In this document: positions 19,799-30,614 of the stretch, one piece after another
Numbering within the stretch: position 1 is the first letter of the stretch
Layout of the letters: each line of letters begins with the position of its first letter
Assembly: GCA_044220955.1 (NCBI GenBank)
Contig: JBGAQA010000006.1
Coordinates: forward strand, 1 to 64,000
Reading direction: 5' to 3'
DNA: 64,000 nt
DNA from: Sandaracinaceae bacterium
GTDB lineage: Bacteria > Myxococcota_A > Polyangia > Polyangiales > Sandaracinaceae
Made by a program: the position numbers and the translations under genes
The notes under the pieces: model-generated
Seen by the model: only the letters and a program-made list of their open reading frames with translations
Told to the model about the DNA's origin: nothing
Database searches by the model: none

Positions 19799-22471
19799 AT
19801 GAGCGACATCCCCGCACGTCACGTCTACTGGTTCGGCGCGCTCACCCACGGACGCGCGTCCATGAAGGATCTGCTGGGCGGCAAGGGCGCCAACCTCGCG
19901 GAGATGGCCGCGGCGGGCCTGCCCGTGCCGCCCGGGTTCACGATCACGACGGATGTGTGCAAGGACGTCGGCGGGGGGGCCACCCAGCTACCCAAGTGGC
20001 TCTGGTCGGAGATCGACGAGGCGCTCGCGGCCGTCGAGAAGGCGATGGACGCGCGCTTCGGCGGCACCGAGGCCCCGCTGCTCGTCTCGGTCCGTTCGGG
20101 CGCGGCGGTGTCGATGCCCGGGATGATGGACACGGTCCTCAACCTCGGGATGAACGACGGCGTCGTCGAGGCGCTGGCCCAGAAGAGCGGCAAGCCGCGC
20201 TTCGCCTACGACGCGTACCGCCGGCTCATCTCCATGTTCGGCGACGTCGTCGCGGGCGTTCCCCGGGCGGCCTTCGACGAGGTGATGGAGGCGGCCAAGC
20301 ACGAGAACCGGGCCAAGACGGACCAGGACCTCGACGAGCCGGCGCTCCGCGATCTCGTGAACCGCTACAAGGCCGTGTACCGCAAGCACACGGGCCACAT
20401 GTTCCCCCAGGATCCCCGCGAGCAGCTCGAGCGCGCGACGCTCGCGGTGTTCCGCTCGTTCTACGGGGACCGCGCCGTGAAGTACCGGCAGGTCTCGCAC
20501 ATCACCGACCTCGTCGGCACCGCGGTGAACGTGCAGGCGATGGTCTTCGGCAACATGGGCGCGCGCTCGGGCACCGGCGTCCTGTTCACGCGCAGCCCGT
20601 CGACGGGCGAGCGCGCCCTCTACGGCGAGTACCTGGTCGACGCGCAGGGGGAGGACGTCGTCGCCGGGATCCGCACGCCCTCGCCGATCGCGAGGCTCGA
20701 GAGCGAGATGCCCGCCGTCCACGCCGAGCTCGTGCGGCTCTCCAACCAGCTGGAGCGGCACTTCAAGAACGTCCAGGACGTCGAGTTCACGGTCCAGGAA
20801 GGACGCCTCTTCCTGCTCCAGACCCGACACGGCAAGCGCACGGGCGCCGCCGCGGTGAAGATCGCCGTCGACCTCGTCTCCGAGGGCCTCGTGACGCGCG
20901 AGGAGGCCGTGGCGAACCTCGTCGAGCCGCGCCACGTCGACCAGCTCCTGCACCCGCACTTCGCCGACGAGGAGGCGTACCGCAAGGCGGGGCGCGTGCT
21001 CAGCAAGGGCCTCGCCGCCTCGCCCGGCGCGGCCGTGGGGCGGGTGGTGTTCGACGCCGCCGAGGCCGAGGCGTGGAAGGAGCGCGGCGAGAAGGTGATC
21101 CTCGCGCGGATCGAGACGAGCCCGGAGGACGTCGCGGGCATGCACGCCGCGGAAGGGGTGCTCACGAGCCGCGGCGGCATGACGAGCCACGCCGCGGTGG
21201 TCGCGCGTGGCTGGGGCAAGCCCTGCGTCGCCGGCTGCGGGGACATCGTCATCGACTACCGCACCAAGACGCTCACCAACGGGCGACAGACCGTCCGGGA
21301 GGGCGACTACCTGAGCCTGAACGGAACGACGGGCGAGGTCGTCGCCGGCAAGGAGATGCTGGCGAGCGCGGTGGTGTCGGGCGCGCTCGAGACGTTCATG
21401 GCGTGGGCCGACGCGCTCCGGACGCTGCGCGTGCGCGCCAACGCCGACACGCCGAAGGACGCCGCCGTCGCACGCGGCCTCGGAGCCGAGGGCATCGGTC
21501 TGGTGCGGACCGAGCACATGTTCTTCGAGGAGAGCCGCATCCTGGCGATGCGCCGGATGATCGTCGCCGACGACGAGGCGGGCCGGCGCGCCGCGCTCGC
21601 CCTGCTCCTGCCCGCGCAGCGCGAAGACTTCGCGGGGATCTTCCGGGCGATGGCGGGGCTCCCGGTGACCATACGGCTGCTCGATCCCCCGCTGCACGAG
21701 TTCCTGCCCGAGGACCCCACGATGCAGGCCCAGGTCGCCCGCGCGATGGGCATCTCGCCCGAGCGCGTCCGGCAGCGCGTGATGGCGCTCGAGGAGGCCA
21801 ACCCGATGCTCGGGCACCGGGGCTGCCGGCTCGGCATCACGCACCCCGAGATCACCGAGATGCAGGCGCGCGCGATCTTCGAGGCCGCCTGCATCGTGCA
21901 GGAGCAGGGCACGGACGTCCTGCCCGAGGTGATGGTGCCGCTCGTCGGGCACCTCACCGAGCTCGTCGATCAGAAGCGCATCGTCGTGCGCGTGGCCGAG
22001 CAGGTCTTCGCGGAGCGCAAGCGGACGGTGAAGTACCACCTCGGGACGATGATCGAGGTCCCGCGCGCGGCGCTGATGGCCGGCGACATCGCGGCCGAGG
22101 CGGAGTTCTTCTCGTTCGGCACGAACGACCTCACCCAGCTCACTCTCGGCTTCTCGCGTGACGACGTCGCGACGTTCATGCCGCGCTACATCGCCTCCGG
22201 CATCCTCACGGACGATCCGTTCCAGACGATCGATCAGGCCGGCGTGGGGCAGATGGTGCGCATCGCCTGCGAGCGTGGGCGTGCGCGGCGACCCGATCTG
22301 CACCTCGGGATCTGCGGTGAGCACGGCGGCGATCCGCGATCGATCGCCTTCTTCGCGGACGTCGGCCTCGACTACGTGAGCTGCTCGCCCTTCCGCGTCC
22401 CCGTCGCGCGCCTCGCCGCGGCCCAGGCCGCCCTGCGCAACCGGGTCGCCGGCAAGGCGGGCGAGGCGTAG
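19799..22471 (+). CDS. ppdK: Pyruvate, phosphate dikinase
   Basis: [39 protein letters not shown] (phospho-His), [20 protein letters not shown]. Confidence 0.98.
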   Translation: MSDIPARHVYWFGALTHGRASMKDLLGGKGANLAEMAAAGLPVPPGFTITTDVCKDVGGGATQLPKWLWSEIDEALAAVEKAMDARFGGTEAPLLVSVRSGAAVSMPGMMDTVLNLGMNDGVVEALAQKSGKPRFAYDAYRRLISMFGDVVAGVPRAAFDEVMEAAKHENRAKTDQDLDEPALRDLVNRYKAVYRKHTGHMFPQDPREQLERATLAVFRSFYGDRAVKYRQVSHITDLVGTAVNVQAMVFGNMGARSGTGVLFTRSPSTGERALYGEYLVDAQGEDVVAGIRTPSPIARLESEMPAVHAELVRLSNQLERHFKNVQDVEFTVQEGRLFLLQTRHGKRTGAAAVKIAVDLVSEGLVTREEAVANLVEPRHVDQLLHPHFADEEAYRKAGRVLSKGLAASPGAAVGRVVFDAAEAEAWKERGEKVILARIETSPEDVAGMHAAEGVLTSRGGMTSHAAVVARGWGKPCVAGCGDIVIDYRTKTLTNGRQTVREGDYLSLNGTTGEVVAGKEMLASAVVSGALETFMAWADALRTLRVRANADTPKDAAVARGLGAEGIGLVRTEHMFFEESRILAMRRMIVADDEAGRRAALALLLPAQREDFAGIFRAMAGLPVTIRLLDPPLHEFLPEDPTMQAQVARAMGISPERVRQRVMALEEANPMLGHRGCRLGITHPEITEMQARAIFEAACIVQEQGTDVLPEVMVPLVGHLTELVDQKRIVVRVAEQVFAERKRTVKYHLGTMIEVPRAALMAGDIAAEAEFFSFGTNDLTQLTLGFSRDDVATFMPRYIASGILTDDPFQTIDQAGVGQMVRIACERGRARRPDLHLGICGEHGGDPRSIAFFADVGLDYVSCSPFRVPVARLAAAQAALRNRVAGKAGEA

Positions 22472-22496
22472 GCGTTCGATCGCCTCGCGTTCTCGA

Positions 22497-22729
22497 GGTC
22501 GGTCCCTGGATCGACGACCGACTCGGGCACGACGAGGCGGGCGGCCCACGCCCCCTGGAGACTCAAAGACTGTCCCAAAAATCGACGACGGCCGCGGGCA
22601 CGATCCGGCCGCCGCGCGCGACGGGCGGTGTGCCTCGCGAGGAGCGAAGCGACGAGTCGGAGCGAGGGGTGAGACGCATCCGGCTCCGCCGGTGCGGCGA
22701 CGGGCCCGCTCAGGGCCCCTGGAGATTCA
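22497..22729 (-). repeat. Dispersed intergenic repeat copy B (22566-22729) plus an internally deleted tandem copy (~22497-22565)
   Basis: Reverse complement matches 12317-12480; CCCCTGGAGA(C/T)TCA occurs near 22552 and 22716. Confidence 0.7.
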
Positions 22730-23434
22730 GGGGAGGTTCGTCTTCAGGAACGCCGTGACGAGGCCCCAGGCCTCCTTGGCCGCCTCGGCGTCGTACGTCG
22801 GTCGCTGGTCGCAGAAGAACCCGTGCTGCGCGTGGCCGACGTTCACCTCCGTGAAGCGCTTGCCGGCGGCCTCGAGCGCGTCGGCCGTCGCGCGGCGGTC
22901 TTCGCGCGAGATCAGCGTGTCCTTGCCGCCCCAGAAGAGCAGCAGCGGCCCGTGCTGGGCGGGCGCGAGGTCGAGGCTGCTCGCGATGCCGCCCCCGTAG
23001 AAGCACACGGCGGCGGCCAGCGGCAGGAACGCGTTCGCGGTGAACGAGAGCCGGCCTCCCACGCAGAAGCCCACGCTCGCGACCGGCGCGTCCTCGCCCA
23101 GCTCGCGCGTCACGTGCGCGTGGGTCGTGACGAGATCGGCCCTGACGCCCTCGGGCGTGAGGCTCTTGGCGTGCTGCATCCCGCTCATGTCGGAGTACGG
23201 CGCCTCGAAGCGGCGCGCCGTGCGGTGGAAGACGTCGGGCGCGGCCGCGAGGTAGCCGAGCCGCGCGAAGCGATCGGTGACGTCGCGGATGTGGGCGTTC
23301 ACGCCCCAGATCTCCTGGAGCACGATCACGCCCGCCTTCACGTCGCCCGCAGCGGCGGGCCGGGCGATGTAGAGCCCGAGCGTGCCGCCGTCGGTCGAAG
23401 GGACATCGATCCACTCGTGCTGGATGGCCGTCAT
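22727..23434 (-). CDS. Dienelactone hydrolase family protein
   Basis: QEIWGVNAHI, GFCVGG (catalytic Cys), HGFFCDQR. Confidence 0.95.
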   Translation of the reverse strand: MTAIQHEWIDVPSTDGGTLGLYIARPAAAGDVKAGVIVLQEIWGVNAHIRDVTDRFARLGYLAAAPDVFHRTARRFEAPYSDMSGMQHAKSLTPEGVRADLVTTHAHVTRELGEDAPVASVGFCVGGRLSFTANAFLPLAAAVCFYGGGIASSLDLAPAQHGPLLLFWGGKDTLISREDRRATADALEAAGKRFTEVNVGHAQHGFFCDQRPTYDAEAAKEAWGLVTAFLKTNLP

Positions 23435-23490
23435 GCGCCGAACCTAGCGAAGAGCAGGCCGGGATGTCGAGCGGCGCGACGCGTCCGCGG

Positions 23491-24387
23491 CTACTCGTGG
23501 ACCGTGATCACCGCCGAGACGACGCGGGGGTTCGATGCGTCGTCCATCGGGAGCGTCTGGTTCGGCGAGAGCAGACCGTTCGGGCTCGCGATGCGTGCGA
23601 AGAGCTCGATGGTGCGCGGCGCGGGCCCGGGACCGAGCGCCGACGTGGAGACCGCGGCCTCGCACGCCGCGACCGTGCATGCGCTGGCCCCCGAGAGCCA
23701 CGCGAAGTCCGCGAGGTTGGCGGCGACGTCGCGGAAGCCGGTGGTCGCGTCGGCGGTGCTCGCCAGGTGCGACATGAGCGTCGTTCCCCAGACCACGTCC
23801 GCCCGGAAGCTCGTCGGCTGCGCGAAGCCGGCGCTGACGACGTCGTCGAGCCCGGCCGACGAGTCGGTGAGCATCGTGAGGTCGGCGACCCCGTGCGGAC
23901 CGCCCGGATCGCCGTCGACGAAGATCACGATGCCGTTGCCGGACTCGACCTGGCCCTCGATGGCGACGTAGAGCGTCCCGCCGATCGCGATCGCACGCAG
24001 CGCCGTCAGGCCATTGCCCGTCCAGCTCGTGACGGTCGCGCTCGTGCCGCTCGTCGCCAGCGACCACTCCGACGCTCCGACCACACCGTCGACGGTCGGC
24101 GGCGTGAGCACCGCGGCGTCGCGCCCGCCGTCGGCGTCCGCGTCGCTCCCCGCGTCGCTCCCCGCGTCACTCCCCGCGTCACTCCCCGCGTCGGGCGTGC
24201 TCGCGTCGTCCGCCGCATCGGGCGCCCCGGCGTCCATCGGCGCCGCGTCCTCCCGGCCGGTGTCCGCGGCGAGCCCCGCATCGCTTCGCGTCGGTGCGTC
24301 CCGTCCCGCGTCGCGGGCACCGCCCGTCGAGCCGTTCGACACCGCGCAGCCCGCGACGAAGATCAGCGTGCCGATCCAAGAGCGCAT
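23491..24387 (-). CDS. Hypothetical lipoprotein with DAG-rich linker
   Basis: Lipobox VAGC; DAGS repeats; 'PTVDG...EW' start of a beta-rich domain. Confidence 0.75.
   Translation of the reverse strand: MRSWIGTLIFVAGCAVSNGSTGGARDAGRDAPTRSDAGLAADTGREDAAPMDAGAPDAADDASTPDAGSDAGSDAGSDAGSDADADGGRDAAVLTPPTVDGVVGASEWSLATSGTSATVTSWTGNGLTALRAIAIGGTLYVAIEGQVESGNGIVIFVDGDPGGPHGVADLTMLTDSSAGLDDVVSAGFAQPTSFRADVVWGTTLMSHLASTADATTGFRDVAANLADFAWLSGASACTVAACEAAVSTSALGPGPAPRTIELFARIASPNGLLSPNQTLPMDDASNPRVVSAVITVHE
24139..24192. repeat. 12-bp tandem repeat x4.5 (encodes DAGS)
   Basis: cgcgtc(g/a)ctccc units. Confidence 0.9.
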
Positions 24388-24405
24388 GGCCCAGCGTAGC
24401 ATCGG

Positions 24406-24870
24406 TCAGCAGCTCTCCAGGCGGCCGCTCGCCATCAGCCAGCGAATGATGCCGACCGTGTCGACGTCCGCGTCCTCGTACGCCGCGCGGCGCAGGGCGT
24501 CGATCGCAGGGTCGTCGGGCGCGCGCTCGTCGTCGTACACGAAGCGGACGAAGAGGGCGCCCGGCCGAGGCTCCTCGATGCTCATCGTCAAGGACGAGCG
24601 AGGGATGTCTCCCTGCTCCGGCACCTCCACGCGGACGCGCTCGCGCTCGACGAAGTGGACCTCGTCGAGCACCAACGTCTGCCCGTAGCGCAGCGCGCGC
24701 GAGAGCCCCGACTCCGTGCGCGCGAGGATCGTCGCCTCGGTCAGGCCCGGCACGAAGAGCGCCGGCTCCTCCGCGCGCAGGACGAGCCCGCGCCAGAGCT
24801 GCTCGCGGGTGAGGATCGCGACGCCCGGGGCGCCCAGGTCGTTGACCTCCACGAGGTGCTCGAATCTCAT
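24406..24870 (-). CDS. SRPBCC / DUF1857 (AtaL-like) protein
   Basis: MRFEHLVEVND...LTREQLWRGLVLRAE.P..FVPGL signature. Confidence 0.8.
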   Translation of the reverse strand: MRFEHLVEVNDLGAPGVAILTREQLWRGLVLRAEEPALFVPGLTEATILARTESGLSRALRYGQTLVLDEVHFVERERVRVEVPEQGDIPRSSLTMSIEEPRPGALFVRFVYDDERAPDDPAIDALRRAAYEDADVDTVGIIRWLMASGRLESC

Positions 24871-24951
24871 CGCATCGAGCGGACGCGGTGCTCGCGTCGG
24901 TGCGAGGGGGGCGACGAAGCGCGTGACACGACGGATGCTCGCACGTGTACC

Positions 24952-27900
24952 ATGCTCGTCGTGGTCTGCGCTGGCGTCCGGGAGTTGCGCGTGGCGTTCG
25001 CAGTCTCGGCGTTCGCGTGCATGGCCGTGGCCGTCGCGTCGTGCAGCAGCGTCGGCTCGCGCGGACAGCAGGCCCGGGTATCGCGAGGTCGAGCGCCCGC
25101 CGCGGTGACGTACGACGAGGGTGCGGCGAGGCTCGCGGTGGCTGGCCGGTACGCTGCGCTCTCGGTCTCACAGCTCCGGCGTGGTGCCTGGCGCACGACC
25201 CTCGACGCGGATGCGCGTGCCGAGCACGACGGCGCGACGACGCGGTTCCGTCGCGGCGCGGGTGTGCTCGAGTGGTGGAGCGCGCGGGCCCTGGGCCTCG
25301 AGCACGGTGCGGTCCTCGAGGCGCGCCCGGAGGGCACGGGGCCGCTCGAAGTGCGCGTGCACGTGGAGGGCGAGCTGCGCCCGACCCTGGTGTCGGAGGA
25401 CGAGGTCGCGCTCGTCGCGCCGGACGGTGTGCGCGCCGCGACCTACGCCCAGCTCGTCGTGGACGACGCGAGCGGCCGCCGGGTTCCCGGTCGGATGCAC
25501 GTGGCGGGCGGCGACATCGTCCTGGCGATCGACGACGCCGGGGCGCGCTATCCGCTGGTGGTCGATCCGCTCCTGGTCACCTACGACGGTGCCCTCACCA
25601 CGCGGGCAATCCCCAGCTCGCCCGGGGCGCAGAACCACTTCGGCTCGGCCCTCGCGGTCACGCCCGACGGCACGCGCCTCGTGGTCGTCTCCCCGCGCTA
25701 CACCAGCTCGTCGTTCGTCTACGCGTCTGGCGACGTGTACGTCCGGTCGGGGAGCACGTGGACGCCCGACGGCGCGATCGACACCGGCCGGCGCCTCACC
25801 GACGGGTACTCGGGCGTGTCGGTCGCGATCAGCCCGGACGGCTCCAACGTGCTGCTCGGCACTTACGACGCGGGCACGAATTCGCAGCTCGCCTCGTTCG
25901 TCCCCGGCTCCCCGTACTGGGCTCGCGAGGACGACCCCTTCATCCCCGGGACGACTCCGCGCAAGGGCTTCGCGCTCGCCATGACCGCCACCCGCGTCGT
26001 CGCGACCGATCCGGTCGCCACGACGGGCCGCGGAGCCACGGGGACGGCGTGGACGCTCGTCCGCGGGATCGTCAACGGTCGGCCGGCGTGGACGCAGGAG
26101 ACGCAGCTCGATCCCGGCGACGCGGAGGCCGGCGACGAGCTCGGCGCTTCCGCTGCCCTCTCCGGCGACGGTCTACGCGTCGTCGTCGGAGCGGCCGGAG
26201 ACGATACGACGATCGCGACGGACAGCGGCAGCGTCCGCTCGTTCGTCCGCGCCGGCACCACGTGGAGCTTCGAGCGAGCGCTCGTGCCGGCCGACGCGCG
26301 AAGCGGGGATCGCTTCGGTGCCGCGCTCGCGATGTCGGGCGACGGGACGCGCGTCCTGGTCGGGGCGCCCGGCGACGACACCGCCGCGGGCCCGGACGCG
26401 GGCACCGCGCGCGTGTTCGTGCGGAGCGGCGCCATGTGGTCGGAGGAGGCCGTGCTCGTGCCCGCCGACGCGGGCGCCTATGCGCGTTTCGGCAACGCGG
26501 TGGCGCTCTCGAGCGACGCGTCGCGCGCCTTCGTCGCCGCCGCGTGGGAGACGCACGCGGGGGTGTTCCACTCGGGCGCCGTCCACGTCTTCGTGCGGAG
26601 CGGCTCGAGCTGGGCCGAGGAGGCGGTCCTCGCGGCGCCCGACGCCCTCACCAACGATCAGCTCGGCGTCTCGCTCGCCGTGCCCGCCGACGGGAGCCGC
26701 GTCGTGGTCGGGGCTCCTCTGGACGACGACGCCGGTCTGAGCGACGTCGGGACCGTGCGCACCTTCTCGCTCTCGCGCGCGCCGACGGGCGCGGCGTGCG
26801 GGGTGAACGCCACGTGCGGGACGGGGTTCTGCGTCGACGGTGTCTGCTGCAGCACCGCGTGCAACGGAGGTCGTCTCGACGACTGCCAGGCGTGCAGCGC
26901 GGCGCTGACCGGCGGGGTCGACGGCGCGTGCGCCGTGCTCGCGTCGGCCGTCGCGCCGACGGTCGCCTGCCGACCGGCGGCAGGCTCGTGCGACGTGGCC
27001 GAGGTGTGCGCGCCAGGGCTCGTCGCCTGTCCGGCGGACGTGCGCCAGCCTGGCGGCTTCGAGTGCCGGGCGTCGATGGGGATCTGCGACCTCGCGGAGG
27101 TGTGCACCGGCACCAGCGCGGCCTGCCCCAGCGACGCGTTCGAGGACCCCAGCACGGTCTGTCGTGCCGCGACGGCGCCCTGCGACGGCGCGGAGCGTTG
27201 CACGGGTACGGGCGCCTCGTGTCCGCCCGACGTGGTCGCGACGAGCGGCACCGTGTGTCGCCCGTCATCGGGTCCGTGTGACGGAGCCGAGGTCTGCGAC
27301 GGCGCCAGCACGGCGTGTCCGGCCGACGTGCTCCAGCCGCTCGGTCACGTCTGCCGCGCGCCGGCTGGGACGTGCGACGTCGAGGAGAGGTGCAGCGGCG
27401 CGAGCGCGCTGTGTCCGGTCGACGTCGTGCTGCCGAGCGGGAGGGTGTGCCTGGCGGCGGACCCGACCAACGTCTGCGACGTCGACGACGTCTGTGACGG
27501 CGCGAGCCCGGCCTGCGCGCCCGCGTACGCGCCCTCCACGGTAGAGTGCGCGCCTGCGGGGGGCGACCTCTGCGATGCCCCGGATCACTGTGCGGGCGCG
27601 AGCGCGCGCTGCGTGGCGGAGTTCGTCACCGGCGTCGAGTGCCGTCCCTCGAGCGGAGGGTGCGACGTGGCCGAGCTGTGCGACGGACGCGGGGCGAGCT
27701 GCCCATCCGACGGTGTCGAGCCCGCGGGGCTCTCGTGCCGGGCATCGACGGATCCGTCGTGCGACCCCGAGGAGGTGTGCGACGGCGCCTCCTCGGCGTG
27801 TCCGGCGGACGAGAACCGCTGCGCGGGGCACGATGGCGGTCCCCCGGTCGACGCGGGGCGTGACGCGGCGACCGCGGGCGACGCGAGCGCACCGCTCGAC

Positions 27901-28065
27901 GGCAGCGCCGGGCTCCTCGATGCGGCGGGCTCCGCGCCGCAGCCTGCGGGCTGCGCTTGCCGGTCGGCGCGAGCGACGCGGACGTCGCCCGCGCTGCTCT
28001 CCGCGCTCGTCACCCTGGCCCTTTTGCGCTGTGCGCGGCGGCGGGTGAGAGGAGCGCGCTCGTGA
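24952..28065 (+). CDS. Surface protein: N-terminal 'YPLVVDP' domain, FG-GAP repeats, 9 disintegrin-like Cys repeats, MYXO-CTERM
   Basis: FG.A.A.S.DG..VLVGAP repeats; CRxxxxxCDxxExCxGxxxxCPxD x9; GCAC-hydrophobic-RRR tail; start codon uncertain. Confidence 0.85.
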   Translation: MLVVVCAGVRELRVAFAVSAFACMAVAVASCSSVGSRGQQARVSRGRAPAAVTYDEGAARLAVAGRYAALSVSQLRRGAWRTTLDADARAEHDGATTRFRRGAGVLEWWSARALGLEHGAVLEARPEGTGPLEVRVHVEGELRPTLVSEDEVALVAPDGVRAATYAQLVVDDASGRRVPGRMHVAGGDIVLAIDDAGARYPLVVDPLLVTYDGALTTRAIPSSPGAQNHFGSALAVTPDGTRLVVVSPRYTSSSFVYASGDVYVRSGSTWTPDGAIDTGRRLTDGYSGVSVAISPDGSNVLLGTYDAGTNSQLASFVPGSPYWAREDDPFIPGTTPRKGFALAMTATRVVATDPVATTGRGATGTAWTLVRGIVNGRPAWTQETQLDPGDAEAGDELGASAALSGDGLRVVVGAAGDDTTIATDSGSVRSFVRAGTTWSFERALVPADARSGDRFGAALAMSGDGTRVLVGAPGDDTAAGPDAGTARVFVRSGAMWSEEAVLVPADAGAYARFGNAVALSSDASRAFVAAAWETHAGVFHSGAVHVFVRSGSSWAEEAVLAAPDALTNDQLGVSLAVPADGSRVVVGAPLDDDAGLSDVGTVRTFSLSRAPTGAACGVNATCGTGFCVDGVCCSTACNGGRLDDCQACSAALTGGVDGACAVLASAVAPTVACRPAAGSCDVAEVCAPGLVACPADVRQPGGFECRASMGICDLAEVCTGTSAACPSDAFEDPSTVCRAATAPCDGAERCTGTGASCPPDVVATSGTVCRPSSGPCDGAEVCDGASTACPADVLQPLGHVCRAPAGTCDVEERCSGASALCPVDVVLPSGRVCLAADPTNVCDVDDVCDGASPACAPAYAPSTVECAPAGGDLCDAPDHCAGASARCVAEFVTGVECRPSSGGCDVAELCDGRGASCPSDGVEPAGLSCRASTDPSCDPEEVCDGASSACPADENRCAGHDGGPPVDAGRDAATAGDASAPLDGSAGLLDAAGSAPQPAGCACRSARATRTSPALLSALVTLALLRCARRRVRGARS

Positions 28066-30614
28066 TGCGCCTCGGAATCCGTCGCGCGTACCGGGCCTCC
28101 GCGCTCCTGCTCGTCGCGGCCGCTGCGGCCTGCGGGACGCGCGAGGACGTCCTGGCCACGGCCGCGCCGCTCGTCACGACCGAGACCGCGACGCTCGTCG
28201 CCTCGCCCGGCTCGATCACCGGAGATCCGGCGGGAGCCGGGTTCGGCGCTTCCGTCGCGATCACCCCCGACGGATCGCGGATCGTGGTGGGCTCGGAGTG
28301 GGAGCGCGACGCCAGCGCGGAGCCCGTCGGGGCCGTGCGCGTCTTCGCGCGCGCCGGCGCGGCGTGGGCGGAGGAGACGGTGATCCACAACACACCCGGC
28401 GAGAACAGCGACCGCTACGGCTCGTCGGTGGCGATCACCCCCGATGCCTCGCGGCTCTTCGTGGGCGTGGGTCAGGACACGACGGCTGTCGGTCAGGCGA
28501 GCGGCAGCGTTCGGGTGCTCACGCGCAGCGGCTCGACCTGGACCCAGGAAGCGATGCTGCAGAACCCGGATCTCACGTCCTTCGATCTGCTGGGCTTCCG
28601 CGTCGCGGCGTCGTCGGACGGCGCGCGCGTCGCGGCGCTCCTGCTCGGTGACCCCGGCGCTCGTGGCGTGCGCGTCTTCTCTCGGACGGGCACCACGTGG
28701 TCGCAGGAGGCGTCGCTCGCGGTCCGGGGGGCGTCGCTCGCGATGTCCGCGGACGGTCTCCGCGTGGCCGTCGGCAGCCCGGCCGACGCGACGCGTGCGT
28801 TCGACGCAGGCGCCGTCCGTGTGTACGCGCGCGCCGGCACCACCTGGGCGCTCGAGGCGACGGTCACGGCCGCCGACGCGGCGACGGCCGATCACTTCGG
28901 GCAGGCCGTCGCCCTGGCGAGCGACGGGAGCCGCTTGCTCGTCGGCGCGCCCGACGACGACGTCGGGACGGTGACCGACGCCGGCAGCGTGCGCGCCTTC
29001 ACGCGGACCGGCAGCACCTGGTCGCCCGAGGCCACGCTCTCGGTGCGCGATGCGGCGATGGGCGACGGGCTCGGCTCGGTGCTCGCGATCACGCCCGACG
29101 CGAGCCGAGCGCTGGCGAGCGCTCTGCTCGACGACGTCGGGGCGACGACGGACGTCGGCAGCGTCCGGGTGTTCTTCCGCAGCGGAAACGCGTGGGCGGA
29201 GGAGGGCGTGCTGAGCCCGAGCGGGGGCGCGACCCGCGACGCCGTCGGGACCTCGCTCGCGACCACGACGGCCGGAGACGTCGCGGTGGTCGGGGTCGAG
29301 GCGGACGATCTGATGGACACGTTCTCGGGGGAGGGATCCGTCCGCGTGTTCTCGATCGGCCTCGCGACCGTGGGGAGCGCGTGCGGCGTCGACGCGGTGT
29401 GCGCGAGCGGGTTCTGCGTGGATGGCGTCTGCTGCGCGAGCGCTTGCGGCGGGGACCGCCAGGACGACTGCCAGGCGTGCAGCGCGGCGCGCACCGGCGG
29501 CGTCGACGGCGCCTGCGCCGCGCTCACGGCGGCGCTCGCGCCGACCGTCGTGTGCCGGCCCGCCGCCGATCTCTGTGACGCGCCCGAGTCGTGCACCGCC
29601 ACGAGCGCGACCTGTCCAGCCGACGGCGTGTCGCCCACGGGCACCGAGTGTCGCGCGCGCACGGATGCGTGCGATCGCCCCGAGACGTGCACGGGGACCA
29701 GCGCGGCATGCCCGGCCGACGCGGGCCTCGAGGCCGCGGGCGTGCCGTGCCGCGTCGCGGCACCCGACACCTGCGATGCGACCGAGACGTGCACCGGCAC
29801 GAGCCCCGTCTGTCCGGCGGACGGCATCCTGCCGAGCGGTGCCGAGTGCCGCGCCTCGGCGGGTGCCTGCGACAACGCGGAGGTGTGCGACGGGATCTCC
29901 GCCGCATGTCCCGGCGACGCTTTCCAGCCGGCGGGAACCGTGTGTCGTGCGCGCGGGGGCGTCTGCGACGTCATCGACACGTGCACCGGGCTCGACGCCG
30001 CATGCCCGCTCGACGTCGTGCGTCCGGCGGGCACGGTCTGCGCGCTCCGCGATCCGGCGCTGCCCTGCGACGCCGACGACCTCTGTGACGGCGCGAGCCC
30101 CACCTGTCCTGCCACGTATGCGGTCGCCGGCACGGAGTGCGCGCCCCCGAACGGCGATCTCTGCGACGCGCCCGACGTCTGCAACGGCACGAGCGCCGAG
30201 TGCGTCCCGGCGTATCTGAGCGGCGTCGTGTGCCGGCCGGCGACCGGATCCTGCGATCCCGCCGACGTGTGCTCCGGCACGAGCGCGTCCTGTCCCCTGG
30301 ACTCGCGAACGGCCGCAGGGAGGTCGTGCAGAGCCTCGACGGCGGCGGGCTGCGACCCCGAGGAGTTCTGTGACGGCGTGGCCGCAGCCTGTCCGGCGGA
30401 CGTGAACACGTGCGAGCCCGACGCGGGGCCCACGCCCGTGGACGCGGCCGAGAGCGACGGCGGAGCGACGCACGTCGACGCGTCGAGCGCTCCGCCGGCC
30501 CCGACGACGGGGTGCGCGTGCGGGGCCGCTCGTGCGCGCGCGAGTGACCTCGCGCCGTGGATCGGACTGCTCCTCGTCGTCGGCGTGCGCGGGCGCAGGA
30601 GGCGCTCCGCGTGA
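28065..30614 (+). CDS. Surface protein: FG-GAP repeats, 9 disintegrin-like Cys repeats, MYXO-CTERM
   Basis: Paralog of its neighbours lacking the N-terminal domain; TGATG coupling. Confidence 0.85.
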   Translation: MRLGIRRAYRASALLLVAAAAACGTREDVLATAAPLVTTETATLVASPGSITGDPAGAGFGASVAITPDGSRIVVGSEWERDASAEPVGAVRVFARAGAAWAEETVIHNTPGENSDRYGSSVAITPDASRLFVGVGQDTTAVGQASGSVRVLTRSGSTWTQEAMLQNPDLTSFDLLGFRVAASSDGARVAALLLGDPGARGVRVFSRTGTTWSQEASLAVRGASLAMSADGLRVAVGSPADATRAFDAGAVRVYARAGTTWALEATVTAADAATADHFGQAVALASDGSRLLVGAPDDDVGTVTDAGSVRAFTRTGSTWSPEATLSVRDAAMGDGLGSVLAITPDASRALASALLDDVGATTDVGSVRVFFRSGNAWAEEGVLSPSGGATRDAVGTSLATTTAGDVAVVGVEADDLMDTFSGEGSVRVFSIGLATVGSACGVDAVCASGFCVDGVCCASACGGDRQDDCQACSAARTGGVDGACAALTAALAPTVVCRPAADLCDAPESCTATSATCPADGVSPTGTECRARTDACDRPETCTGTSAACPADAGLEAAGVPCRVAAPDTCDATETCTGTSPVCPADGILPSGAECRASAGACDNAEVCDGISAACPGDAFQPAGTVCRARGGVCDVIDTCTGLDAACPLDVVRPAGTVCALRDPALPCDADDLCDGASPTCPATYAVAGTECAPPNGDLCDAPDVCNGTSAECVPAYLSGVVCRPATGSCDPADVCSGTSASCPLDSRTAAGRSCRASTAAGCDPEEFCDGVAAACPADVNTCEPDAGPTPVDAAESDGGATHVDASSAPPAPTTGCACGAARARASDLAPWIGLLLVVGVRGRRRRSA

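Noticed and set aside
29940..29970. Possible RGD integrin-binding loop in a disintegrin-like repeat
   Set aside because: The sequence is CRARGGVCD; I found no RGD in any of the 27 loops
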